Source: Psammoneis japonica
Lineage: Eukaryota
Assembly: GCA_008632985.1 (NCBI GenBank)
Contig: QPGO01000005.1
Coordinates: 1 to 64,000 of the forward strand
Direction: 5' to 3'
DNA length: 64,000 nucleotides
The translations under genes were made by a program, and so were the position numbers. This document shows positions 46,001 through 58,469 of this stretch, piece by piece. The notes under the pieces were generated by a model. That model worked only from the letters and a program-made list of their open reading frames with translations, was not told the origin of the DNA and did no database searches. Position 1 is the stretch's first letter. Each line of letters begins with the position of its first letter.

Positions 46001-49000
46001 ACTAAGTCCGCTTTGTGTTTGTTTGCCTTCGGGCTTCGGCGCGTCGTGCTCCATCACTACGGCGCATTTTCGTATCGCTTGCACGACGGGAGAATCCAAC
46101 ACAGCTTTCATGTCGACGCTCGTCTCGCTCTCGAACAGACGATCACGTCCAAGATCCATTACCAGTGTTCTCAACAATTTCAGCCTCGCATTTTCAACCA
46201 AGCGGTGTAATGTCATCTTCCCTTTTACCACCGTAAGTAGAAAAAATATGAGTGGTTCGCCACCTGAATGCAGCAGTAGCCTCCGCAGGATATGATGCAG
46301 ATGCCCTGGAGATACACAGATCAGCTTTGCGTTCTCCTCTAGCTCCTTCTTGCTTTCTTTCACTCCTGTGGCCTTCAAACGCGATTTCAAGACCGATGGC
46401 TCAGAGAGAAGCTGACCTACAAGGAGGTCGCGGTGGTGCGAGTCCAGGTTCCCCTCGTTTGTTGCCATTCGCTGTATCCTGCGTTTCTCGCCAAGAAGAA
46501 ATAACCGAAACCCAGTTACCATGCAGAGCGCTTCATACTGTTGCTGAACCACGAGCGCAGGAAGCACATCAGGAAAGACTTCGTCGACAAAGAATAATAC
46601 CTGAAGAAGACACTGGTTGTCACGAGCGGAACCGCCATCCCCACCAAAGCCAACGTCATGACTTGCTGAAAGGAGGAAGGACTGGACAAAAGCAATCAGG
46701 AGACGATACTGTCTTTCTCTTTGTTCGGGGGCGAAACAATCGAAATCCTGCTGATCACCATTTTCTGTAATTGGACTCCCGTTCGGCAACAATATGCAAG
46801 AAAAGATCGCGGGCATCGCTCTCTCTCTGCTCTGGCTGCTCAAAATAGCAGTACGAAGAGGTCGATGTCTGTTCAATCGAGATAATTCTGCGAATGCCAC
46901 AGAAGGTATCGAAATGTTAGCATCTTCATCTGTCATGTTTTCCTCTTTGGAATCTTCCGCTGCGGCCCAAAACCGAATAAGCCGAATCAAAGCTGATTCA
47001 AAAACTGAAATCCCGCAAGCCGTTTTGGTATCAGCGTGTTGACATAGTGATGAAAGTGCATACACCGCTGAACGGTCGCGCTGATCGCTGTGACACGGTG
47101 AAGTTACAGCTTCTCCGTCTGAAGCGGGAGCAGCCGCATCTTTTGTTGCACTGGTCTGAGACTGGGACGAACTGGAACTACAGTATTGATACATTAGAGC
47201 GTCGATAACCTGAAAAAATCTCGCAACTGCTGGTGTCGACGGGTCTTGGGAAACGCTGTTCGAAGGCTGTGACGAGCAACGACTCAAGAATCTCCATTCA
47301 TCGTCGGTCGTAAAGAGACAGTGCAACAAATGTGAACTTCTTCCTAAAACAACTCGGCCAATATCTCTAGCGGCAGCGTCACGCAAAGCCGTGTCAGGAT
47401 CTGCAAATGCCGTTTTCAATACCCACAACGTAGCGGAAAGGAAAGGATTTACTGGGACGACATCTTCGTCGACGATAGGTTCTTGTTGTGGTAGGCTTGA
47501 ATGTTCTGTGGCAACCCTGACCATGCGATCCAGGTCAATAACGCGGTTTTGAAAATCCGAACGCCTGGAATGTAAGCACGTCCACGTCATACATTTCCAC
47601 ACCTGCAACCGGGCAGCTGGGGGCAAAATCGAGGCATTCTGAGAAAGCCGTGTAGAGAGCAATGAAAACCGAATAGAATCGAGGAATTTTGCTTGATCAG
47701 GATCACCTCGAGCACTAAGAATGATTCTCGAGTCTGACCCATAGCTGTTTGAAAATGCATAGGTAATAAGATCACAGATGCTCACGGGTGCGCTGAAAGA
47801 AAAGCGAAAAGAAAGTACATTCTCTGTTGGAAGATCAGACAGTTCTGTCGGCTCAAGAAAAGCTTGAAGATGGCCAAGAGCCGACGTGAACGAAGAATCC
47901 ACCGAAACGGGCCGTGGCGAAGTCAAAAACAGCAAAAGCTGCTGAATACTTTGAAGGGAATTTCCAAGCCCCTCGCTCTTCAAACTTTCCTCTCCCGCAA
48001 TGCTGGGTCTCGATGATGACCCCTCGCTAGAATTCGCCAGCGTGGGGGCAATGAGCGAGAAAACTAAAACGGGCAGGACAGAAACAGCTTCAGTTGCAAA
48101 GGATTCCGCAGGCTTTGATTGACTTCTGGCCGCGGAGCCGAGAATTCTCGACACCAGATTGACTGTTCTATCCGCACCAACGTTCACTAATTTCAATTCC
48201 TGGGCGACATTATCACAACGAGGGTCTCCAGTGACGAGGGGACGAAGGCACGAAAGCAATGTATAGCTGCGAAGTTACCAAAAAGACTTTGTGTGAGGAG
48301 GACGAACAACGACGAAGAACACGTCTCATTGATGGAGCACGCCCACTTACGCGAACTGAGTTGGGAGGGCATCGAGCAAGAGTCGTGTACAGGCGTCCAA
48401 AAAATCCGCTCCCGCACTAGGATGACGCGTTCCCAGTCTTCGAGAAGTGCAACAAACAGCATCTTCATGTTCTGCCTTCCGAAACAAGTTTCTGCGGTCG
48501 CCGATTAAGAATCGGCACAAGCATGGCGTAATCGACAACGTTGAAAGAGGCGAGATATTATTGGACGGAAAGCTTCTGCCAATATCCAACCAGTGGTCAC
48601 AGTAACAACCATGATGAGAAGACTTGTTTTCGTTATGACTTCCAGTTATGCTGATCTCAGAAGATGCATTCATGGAAGCTGTTTTCTCCATCACGGAAGA
48701 AAATGTGTTCTCCCATGTACGCAATGCAAGATAAGAAATGACATCGACCACGACATTCAGGTCACCCGTCGAATGCGGTAATTGAATAGATACGCTAGAT
48801 AGCAAAGCCGCCAGTGCAAAGTGAGAGTGAATCCCAAAGCCAATCAAGAGCGCCCGAGTCGTTTGGGCATTGCTTCCAAAGTCACCAGCGGTCGAAGCGT
48901 CAGCGGATAGAAATGCCACCGACAGGTGCTTCAAAGGCCGGAAGATCTGGCATAAAAACTCGAAAATGTCCACCAGTTCTCGAAACTCGCCTTTCTGGTC

Positions 49001-51302
49001 TTGAATAGCAGAATGCGATTTGCTAAACTTGAGTAGGATATCTAGTACAAGCCGGGAAGCACTCGTCACCGCTAAAACGGCGCTGGATAAAAAACTGTCA
49101 TGAACCAGGCCTTCACTCTGATCCATCGTGGCACCTGCAGTTAATTTCTCGAGATTGGTGGTAATTGTAGTGCCGCTTTCTAGAGCCGCACTAAATGTTT
49201 CGGTAAGACACGACTCCAGAGATCGCGAAGCGACCTGTGGAGACGTGCCTGTCTCGACAGTTGTGCCGCCGTCAGATACAGACAGCGGAGTTGACATTGT
49301 GCTTTCCAGCGATCTCCTTCGCTTTGGAGAGCGCTCTATTTGAAGCTGCGTTAGTTGAGTAGTGCGAGAACCTTGTTGTGACTCGCTCTGACGCTTTCGC
49401 TTCGAACCTGATGGAGTTTGCTCTCCTGAACCGGAGCCGTCTCCATCGACGCTGGTCTCGAAATCGCGCGGACTGTAGTCAACCGATGCTATGCGGCACG
49501 CTTTGGCAATATCTCTTAATCCATTTCCTGAGCTGCTGTCAGCGTCCCACATTAGCTTTGATAGAATAGCAATGACAACATTCGACAGGTCAATTTCGTT
49601 CATGAGCGAAAAGAATTCAGGATACAGCCCCCCCGCGGCGCAATGATTCGCTGCATGAAGACTTAGCGATGCACCATTGCACGAGCTCGGACTTTCAGTG
49701 TAGATAGAGCAATGTATTGTCCGTAGCACAAGAGTCCGTAGGGCATTTTCTTCTTGAGTCCATTTCATCGGCGACTGAATTTCATTGCACTCTCCTCCAT
49801 CTGAATTATGTTTGACAAGCATAGCAACGCAGTCAAGCATCAAGGGTAGTGCTTGGCTACGAATTGTCCACAACATCTCAGAGAATCGATTGTCATCTCC
49901 TCTTTCTGGAGGGAAGAGTATTGTATCACAGACCATCTTTGAAAGAAGCTTCACGTAGGCAGCCTTTTCTCTTTTTATGGAGAAGCATTCCCTTGGGACT
50001 GTCGAAACGGAGCGGAAGTACTCAATAACCGCCATAGAAACCAACCGAGATAGCTCTATCACTGTGTTACACATCAGCTCTTCTCCGCATTTGAAATCGT
50101 GAAGTAACATGGTCATCCCCGATAAAGCTGCAGCCTTACTGCGAAGCGAAAAGGCCCATACCATGTCTTTCTCTTTTGACGATCCCATCATACTCGTATC
50201 CGGAGTTGGGTTCGGCGACCAGAGCAACGCATGCTTTATTGCTGCAAAAAACGTAGAGATCAAATCATCATCGTCCATAGCATTGAAAAAGTAGCAGTCA
50301 ACACTGGCTGCAGTCAAACCATCATGAGACCCAATAGCCCGCGTCTCGACTTCCTTGGTTCGTTTCGTCTTTTGAAGCTTTAGCAAGGTTTCAAGTATGG
50401 TAAGTGTACCCGTCTGGATAACCAGGACTTCCACTGTACTGGATATTCGGAGGGTAGAATCAAGTGCAGCATCTCCGCAAATGTGAGTCAGGCTTTCTGG
50501 AAAGAGATCCACTTCTATTGAGTCCAAGTCTCGACCTTCATCCCTAGCCTTTTCTAGGAGCTTGGCTTCAATTATGGTCGACAAATCAAAGGCGAGCGCG
50601 ACCAAATCACAAATGATCGCCTTTTGAATACGAAACTTTGGAATAAGATTCAGCAAGTGCGCAATGGTTGTACAAATCTCAAGTAGCGTCGACGTTGGCT
50701 TGTCTTGTTTGGATGCATTTTTCTTTGCTGTCTTGTCGACAATGTCCTGAACGACACATCTGGAGAGCAAGTGACGATAGAGCTGATGAACCCTAATAAA
50801 AACTTAAACAAGCAAATAGAAAATTAAGCAGGATGTAAGCGAAACACAAAAAGTCGCCCAGCGCGAAGAATCAATCGGCTTTCAACAAGTACGTACTTGC
50901 ACGTAGATCTTCTCCCCAATTGAACAGAAAATGAGAATGCGGACAGAAGCCACCTTCAAGAACAAGCCAATAGAACTGACACATATTTGATATACTCGAG
51001 GCGTGAGGATCCCGGTTGCTGTCTTGATAAGCTTCTTCTACCTGTGGCAAGAGCAACGCAAGACTTTTCAGGTCTCTGTGGCATTTTTCTGGGAGAGGTT
51101 CCTCTTGATCAAAAAGAACACCCGTCTCGTTGTGGCACTGAGTTCGATGCTTCTTACAAGCCTCAAACAACCGAAACAAAAGCGGAGACGCGCTGTTGGT
51201 CGTGGTGGTTGCGACTCGATCATGAGTGTCGTCTCGGTATGCAGTTCTGGAGGAGTTGTCTGAGCGCGGGGAACGTCCTGAAGCGCGTCGACGTTGAGAC
51301 AT
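40015..51302 (-). CDS. ATR: ATR/Mec1 PIKK checkpoint kinase, multi-exon
   Basis: DLRKDAR, LRLRTFSV, GHVLGLGDRHSEN, HVDFDCIFDKG after splicing, PEIVPFRLTQN, FAT region (EAAWRLGRW, RESYSRCY) and FATC LVQIYVGWMPWL*. The ORF breaks I checked coincide with GT-AG introns. 5' exons less certain. Confidence 0.92.
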
Positions 51303-51672
51303 GACGCGATTAAGTTCTGCTTGATGCGAAGGATGTGATAAGCAATCACAGGAGAAGCAAAGCTCTAATGGTAGGTGATAGCATTTGAAGAGGAACAGCA
51401 GGGGACGTCGCAGCGGCAGGTTGTCATTGCCATGCAGTTTTGATTTGCGAGATAGATTGATCAATCTGGAATCGTCCGTCCTTACGTCGGTCGGATGTCG
51501 TCTTCCCCGTCTTCAGTCTACCGCCCGGTACTGCTGTTACCAAAAGGTACCACAGTACCGGTATGGTATGACGACTACCGTGACTTGCATTGTTTTTCTA
51601 CAATGTCACTTCTTGTGCTAACTGCACTTCAGACAAAATGAACGGTAGGCTAACTAGTGAGCTAAGCACTTA

Positions 51673-54600
51673 TTATATCATGAAAAAGAAGTGTTTCTTC
51701 ACGAGATAACTTCCAACGAAACACGCCGCGATAAGGGGTATGACCAGCGAGTTGACAATGTCTGTGTTGATGAGTCGATGCGAAAGCCCAACCATCAAGA
51801 TCTGAACATCGCCAGCAAACCTTGCAATCAAGCTCAAGTACGTCACAATAGACCCGCAATTAATGAGGGATCCTCTGAGCTTCAGTGGCGAGACCTTGGA
51901 CATGAGAGACAAAGTAGTGCCTTCCAGCGCGGTTAGAGAGACGAAGGTAATGATGAAGCCAAAAACATACTGATATGGTCCAAAGATCCAGTCATATGGA
52001 GGAACCTGGTTTGACCACGGTTCACTGTTGAACAAGGATTCCGCTTTGGAGACAATGTAGATCAACGACCCGACGTTGACCATCAACAATAAGCCGCACG
52101 TTGCAGCCGTCAACGAGTTCTATTCAGACGAGAGTGTGCGATGAGGTAAAATCAGAGAGCAAATAACGTGAAGCCAACGGAAGAGCACAATCTCACCTTT
52201 ATTACTGTTCGTTCATCGTACATGCGCGAAAAGCTGTCGCACATGTAGTCAATCGGGAGAACAAGCACAGACAAAGCGCCAAGGAGCAAGCCTGCAAAGC
52301 TTCCATGCCAACCAAAGTACCGGTGTGTGATCAACGCACACGACGTGAAAAAGACCTCATGTGCAAACTTTACCAGCACAATAAGAGCAAATGAAAGTGG
52401 AAGCGCAACATTGAATGTCATGACACTCAATAGGCGACCCGCAAATGTCTTCAGACCACGTTTCCTTCGCCGTCCTAGGTTTTCGTTAGTTGGCGTTTGC
52501 ACGGATGATCGAACCTCGCCAACAGCTGCCTTGGTAATTTGGGAGGCTGGAGTTTCGATTGCATATTTTTTTGTTCCAAAAGTTGCTTCGAGTTCGTCCC
52601 GCGTACACTCGGACGAGGATCGAAAAAGAATGCTATTGGGCGTCTCGGCGGCGACATCGATCGAGGACTCAGAGTCTGAATTCGATTCTGAATTTGATGC
52701 CGAGTCTTCAAAACTGGTCGCTGACGTCTTTCTTGCGAGAGGGATTGCTTCCAAATCAAGGTCTGAATGTCGACGATTATCTCGCGCTTCGTGAAAGTTA
52801 AAGCACAATCGTATCCACTGCACAAACCACAAAAGCGACAACAAGCAACTGCCTAAAGCATATCCTTTTACATCCCAGCTTTTTCCCATCGCCTCCACGT
52901 TGAAATCCAAAGATCCCATAAGCGATCCGAGAAGCAGACCAGCCGTGACACCAAGAGCTTGTGACTTCGCTAAGCGGGTGGAGTGGTTTTGAGTCGCGAT
53001 ATCTGGGAGTTGGAGAGAGAGGATAACCTGCCGGTGAATGATCTCGGACGCACCCAAACCAACGAGCAAGCGACCTCCGAAAGCCTGGAGTACCACGGGA
53101 ATTGAAACTGCAGTTGAGTACAGTGTGAAACGAATTCATAACTTCCTTTGCCATTCCTACTCACCATTGGGATTGAACTCCGATAGATTGCCAAAGCATA
53201 CAATGCATTCCCTCCGATAGGGAAGAACGAAGATAGTATCAGCGGGATACGAAAAAATGAGAGACTGTGAAATTTGCTCCCTTCGGCACCACGTGACATT
53301 AGTTTTGAATGCAATGCGTTGGATATTACTGCCGACAAGCTCGTAGCACCAATCAGACTTGCAGAATGCGCGGCAGTAGCCCCCGTGCTTACCACAAAGG
53401 CGTTGGCAGTGGGGTGTGCAATATAGTAGTTCATCTTGTTAGCGATGAAAACAGTATCAACAAGGATGAGTAATCTCCATGAACAATGGAACAATGGAGC
53501 ACACTTCAAGATTTTTGAGATACTTACGGTGTAAAGAAATAGCGACGCTCGATTGAGCTTCATGGTAATGTCGTCCTCGCAGGAAGCCGAATCGACGTTA
53601 TGCCGTCCGGCCCGATTTTCTCTGTTGACAAAATCAGACTCAGGCGTGATTGACAACGCATTCATGACTGTGTTTGTGCCATCGGAAACCGTCACGTAAT
53701 CGCCGACTGATAAAGCAGATTGAGAAGACGCGCGACTGGCAGTTGCTAAAGCTGATATCATCACAGTCTCAATTGGCAAATCTCGCCATCTGCCATCATG
53801 GAGACCTTCGTGGAGGGTGGATGGATCAAGAAGGAGTGCAACGTCTGGATTATAAGAGACAAAGAAATCCAGAGTCTCTCGTGAACATCCGTCGAGACCC
53901 TCCGCAACGGGCGGGCCTGGGAAAACAAGAGATGTACGAGCCAAAAAGGCCGCATATGTGTCTTCTCTGTACAGAGCAGCACGTCGTAGCCCAAAAATGG
54001 ATACTGCACTAAAACGAAGCCTTGTTAAGGACATGCTTGACGCTGTAGATGGTGGGCCATTGGATGCAACCGACGAAGCCAAGTCGTCGAGTGAACTGTC
54101 CCTGGGGACCTGAGATTCATTCTTGTAGGCTGAAGAAAGCCACCGTGACGCCGCAACCGCTCTCGACGAAATTGATTTTTGTTCGGTGGTCTCTCGATTG
54201 TCTCGGCGATGCGTATTCCTTGACAAGTTGGAGGAAGAATTGAGGTTTGCCAGCGCATTTGCTCGAGAGTGCGAGACCTCGTATTCTGAGAGCGCAAGCG
54301 CCAAACACGATGAAATAATCTGGACCGTGGATGAATTAGCAAGACTTTGGATCTGCATATCGAAAACGCCGACCAGTTTGTATCCCTGTGTTCCCTTGCC
54401 AGTAGATGAAAACTCTGACTCTCCGTCGTCTCTTGTTGAAGTTGAGAGAATCCCTCCGAGCGTCACCGGATCTTGATTGCTATCAGATACACGTTTCGCT
54501 GCACCTTTTTTTTTTACAGCCAGATCTTTACTGCGTTGTAGGCGATGATAATAACCTCCAAGCATTCGATTTGCCAACAAACGATCGTGTTTGCGGCAGA

Positions 54601-56374
54601 TCTTTCTAACCGCAATAACATTCACGCAGATGAAACGTAAAACATGCATCAGTTCAACTGCCACTGCTGTATAGCCATCCGCTTCATCCACGGCAGAAAG
54701 CAAGAGCAAATCCTCGCCGACAATGTGGTCGTTTCGCTGAAAGACTGGTCGCTGCTGTCGAAGTTCCTCGAAATGGGCAATTTGACGTTTCGCTGCATCA
54801 CGTATCTTGTTGCTTTGTAAGTTGCGCTCATCCAATACCTCATTGCCTTTGTCGTTTCTCTTGTCCTTGCTTCGCTGCCGGGACCGATTGTTCCGTTGCT
54901 CCGTGACGGCAGAAACACCACCGCCAGAGTAGGATTTTCGAAGACCCCTTCCTATGGGTGGGGAAAGAGGATTCTTACCTCCGTCGCTCACCTCTTCCTC
55001 ATCTGACGAATCCGACCACGGAAAAGGTCCCCTCCGACCTCCCATATCTTCTTCTTCAGAAGAAGATGCAGAGGGATGCATTCCTCCGTCCGAGAGGACC
55101 TCGTAGGGGCCAGCTGGAGATTGACGAGCTGGAAAGGACTCAGAAAAACTGCCATACTCGCTATCTTCATAGGAAGGGAACCGCAGTGAGCCAGCAGTGT
55201 CGGCAAGTTCCCCAAGGCGGGACTGAGCAAACAATGTAACCTTCTCCACCTCGGCACGCAACAAACCAAGAAAGCGTTCGGTAATGGCGCGAGCCTTTCC
55301 ATGAGCGACACGCAAATGCCGCGGAACACGCTGTTCAAGTTGCCGCCTCTTTTTCGCAATACGTCTACGGCGTTGCAGCCTCCGTTGCTTTCGGCGTTGT
55401 GCATCTCGCTCGTTTTGTCGTATTTCCGATGCCGTTAGCGGTGGCCGAGGAGGAGGCACATGATTTGCTTTCGGAAAGGGCTCGACACTGGTTCCCAATG
55501 TCATCCAGTTGACGCCTGATGCTCCTCCCGAGAAATCACGGGGTGGGGTCAGAGACGTATCCACATCTGTCGGAAAGCCGTACATTGTAGAAGACTGAGT
55601 CTGTGGGAGAAGAGATTGCTGCTCGGATGTAGCAAAACTTCCTCTCTGGAATGAAGTGTTCAATAGTGCTTGCTGTGACCTCGGATCTTCATTTTCTGGA
55701 CCTCCATCGTGACCTTCGTTCAAACCATCGTGACCGTCGTTCAAATCAAGTGCTCCCACAAAAAACTCCGTAGCCCCATCTCTCCGTTTGTCATTCAAAT
55801 CAAGTGCTCCCACAAAGAACTCTGTAGCATCGTCCCTACGCTTGTTTTTCTTTTTTGGTTTAGAGGTACGAGGCACAACCGCATGTTTTTCTCCACGTCT
55901 TAAAGCCCGAGAAAACGTTCCGCCAGCACACGCTCCCATTTCAGCATCCTCGTCTTCAAATTCATCCGACGAATCATGCGAATATGTCAAGGTAAATGGC
56001 TTTGTAATGGTACGATGAGCACCAGAAGACGATGTAGCCATCATGCCGTTGTCTGCAGCGTTGCGCGTCTCCTCGTCAGCAGACGATTGCCCCGAATCAT
56101 CATCATCTTCATACAAGTTTGAATCCGATGATAGAAACGCCAGGTCTGAATCCGACTCTAAAAACAAATCATCACGATAATCCCCGCTCACGCCCGGCTT
56201 TCGTTTTCGTCGGCCCGTTCCCGCACTGGGACTGCCATCGGTGAGGCTGTGGCCTTCTTCTTCGTAGACTGCCTCAATTTGACTCAAAAGTAACTTGAGA
56301 GTCTCGTAGTCCAAATACGCCCGTTCCCAGCCCGACCGCTTGGCTATGCGGAGCGCTGATCCAAAGCCCACCAT
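51673..56374 (-). CDS. SPX-MFS protein (vacuolar phosphate transporter-like), 4 exons
   Basis: SPX motifs MVGFG...WERAYLDYETLKLLL, FLGLLRAEVEKV and VNVIAVRKICRKHDR, followed by multiple TM helices. Introns near 53.5, 53.1 and 52.15 kb. Confidence 0.88.
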
Positions 56375-56861
56375 GAATAGAACCAGAAGATTAGCAACTA
56401 TCGTATTCCTAGAGGTTGCCGATTGCTGCTCGCTCAATCACAATAACATCACAACATATCACACCATATTTGTACTCAGTACGACCATGGCGGATCGCGA
56501 ACGCATCCTGATGGATTTTGCCTGGCTGATGGCGCACAGACGGGATATTCTGTTGAAGTCGCGCGTTCTTCCGCGCGCACTACTCGGAGCAATCGGAGTC
56601 GCAAGATGAGTTCTGCTGACGTCAACTCTTCCTACTCTGACGTGTTTTTGAAATTCATATGATGTACAAGCATATAAAAATTTGAATGATCCGTCGACAT
56701 GCAAGATCGGAACTTTTGCGTTCGGGACCGCAACGTGGTGGCACAACTTCCAGAAGTCACGAATTGGGGCGAGACCAAAACATCTGTTATTTTCAACACT
56801 GTTGCATGTTGTTTTGATGTTGCAAATCGTTCATTCCGAGAGACACTACCGCTAAACAAGA

Positions 56862-58097
56862 ATGGTGATTGCAACATCCGACTCGTGCAACACTCTAATC
56901 ACTCTTGAAAATGGCATCAAACAAGTCGTAGCAGGAGACTCTACAACACAAACAACAGCAGCAGAATCCTTTGAAAGAACGCAAATCCTTCTTCCGGCGG
57001 ATGATTTTGAATACGATCGTTATGACGATGATGAATGCGACGGCACTACTTGTACAATACAACAACAGAATCTGTATCTCCCAACGTCTTCTCCTGTGGA
57101 CTTGTACTTGAGAGCGATTCCCGAAGTCATGGAGAGTGCCGATGTCTTGTTGGCCAACGAGCCTCGAGTGTATACACGTGAATCACCAGAACAAGTCTTG
57201 TACGTGGGTCAAGGTGAAGTGGGTCACGCGGTCCCATCTCAGTGTGACGTAATTGCAAGCGATAAAGCAACGACATGCCACATACTTGCCATGAGAAGCA
57301 CTCTTGGAGAAAACCAGAGCTGTTCGATGCCGCTGGTTAGTCTGACCCATATCGACTCGCCTAGTTATGAAGATTGCATCCACAGCATGTTTCAGCAGCA
57401 CAAGACTCATCACTTTACAGTGTCTACTGATGAAGAAAAGAAAGAGGACGAGCCATCGTCAAGCGATTGTACGAGAATCAACATGGACCTTTACATTCTG
57501 GGCGGTTTTGAAGACGAGGACGGCACCTCTCGAGAAATCTCCAACTTTTTGCTGAAAACGCTGGCTCGATTGGCAAACGAGGAAGAATCTTCGGTATGCA
57601 TGACACTCCGTACTTGCGCCGTGACTTCCATGAATGATTCAGGCCTGGCGTCTCCCATTGGACGTGGCCTCGGCATTGACTTGCACACGGGTGAAGCGTT
57701 TCTGGCCAAGGTGGATCGAGACGTTGCCGGTCCGAGTCTCGAGTTGCGTGCAGTTCGTCTGTGGGCGGGCGTCGAGGGACAACAACAACAACAAGGCAAG
57801 ACCATGCTTTCTCTCATTCACACTCCCACCAGCAACATGCTTTCGATTTGTCCCTTTGAATACAAGGCATTCAAGGAGATTGGTGTATTGTTGCAACTTC
57901 CGGACCACGTGTTGCTTCAGTACACGTCTACATCACCACTGGTGGAACAAGATGATTTTTGCGCCAATCTTCGTTCCACTCTCAGTTTTATGCGCACTCA
58001 CGATTGCAATGACATTTTTGGAACCGACTGCGACAGTCCCCTTTTTTACAGTCGCGTCGACAACACAAACACTTGGAAGCTCATGACGGCGGCATGA
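56862..58097 (+). CDS. NTAN1: Protein N-terminal asparagine amidohydrolase
   Basis: VLYVGQGE, SDKATTCHI, HID, GGFED and STSP motifs of the NTAN1 family; intact ORF. Confidence 0.88.
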   Translation: MVIATSDSCNTLITLENGIKQVVAGDSTTQTTAAESFERTQILLPADDFEYDRYDDDECDGTTCTIQQQNLYLPTSSPVDLYLRAIPEVMESADVLLANEPRVYTRESPEQVLYVGQGEVGHAVPSQCDVIASDKATTCHILAMRSTLGENQSCSMPLVSLTHIDSPSYEDCIHSMFQQHKTHHFTVSTDEEKKEDEPSSSDCTRINMDLYILGGFEDEDGTSREISNFLLKTLARLANEEESSVCMTLRTCAVTSMNDSGLASPIGRGLGIDLHTGEAFLAKVDRDVAGPSLELRAVRLWAGVEGQQQQQGKTMLSLIHTPTSNMLSICPFEYKAFKEIGVLLQLPDHVLLQYTSTSPLVEQDDFCANLRSTLSFMRTHDCNDIFGTDCDSPLFYSRVDNTNTWKLMTAA

Positions 58098-58469
58098 ACG
58101 GAAGAACTACTTGCCCAATTTTTTAGAAACTCCCCAACCAATTTTTGAGACATCAACATGTGCAAATAGAAGGTTGATGTCGAAACAATTTTAGCTATAG
58201 AATATTTTTGAATTACACAACATTACACTACCTTATCGACCTTTATAATACCATTGTTGCGTTGGATGATCCGGCATCAGCTTGTGCAAAGTGCCGGTAT
58301 CTTTTTGCGTCTGCCGCGCGTCATTAGCGCGATCACTTCGTTTGTCCGTCAGTCGCACGGATCGTCTGCCTTTCGCTCCTCCAAGAACCAGCGCCATGGC
58401 GCATGGGCGGCCACCAGCGCACACCACACAAAAAGCCACCAAAGCAAGCACAAAGCACTAGTCATCACC

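Noticed and set aside
40015..56374. ATR and SPX-MFS ORF breaks as frameshifts or separate genes
   Set aside because: The breaks checked match short GT-AG introns that restore frame and motifs.
56862..58097. NTAN1 or ATR as the enzyme behind the hypermutation
   Set aside because: NTAN1 deamidates protein N-terminal Asn and ATR is a general checkpoint kinase. Proximity in a eukaryotic genome is not evidence, and no candidate mutator gene is visible in this window.
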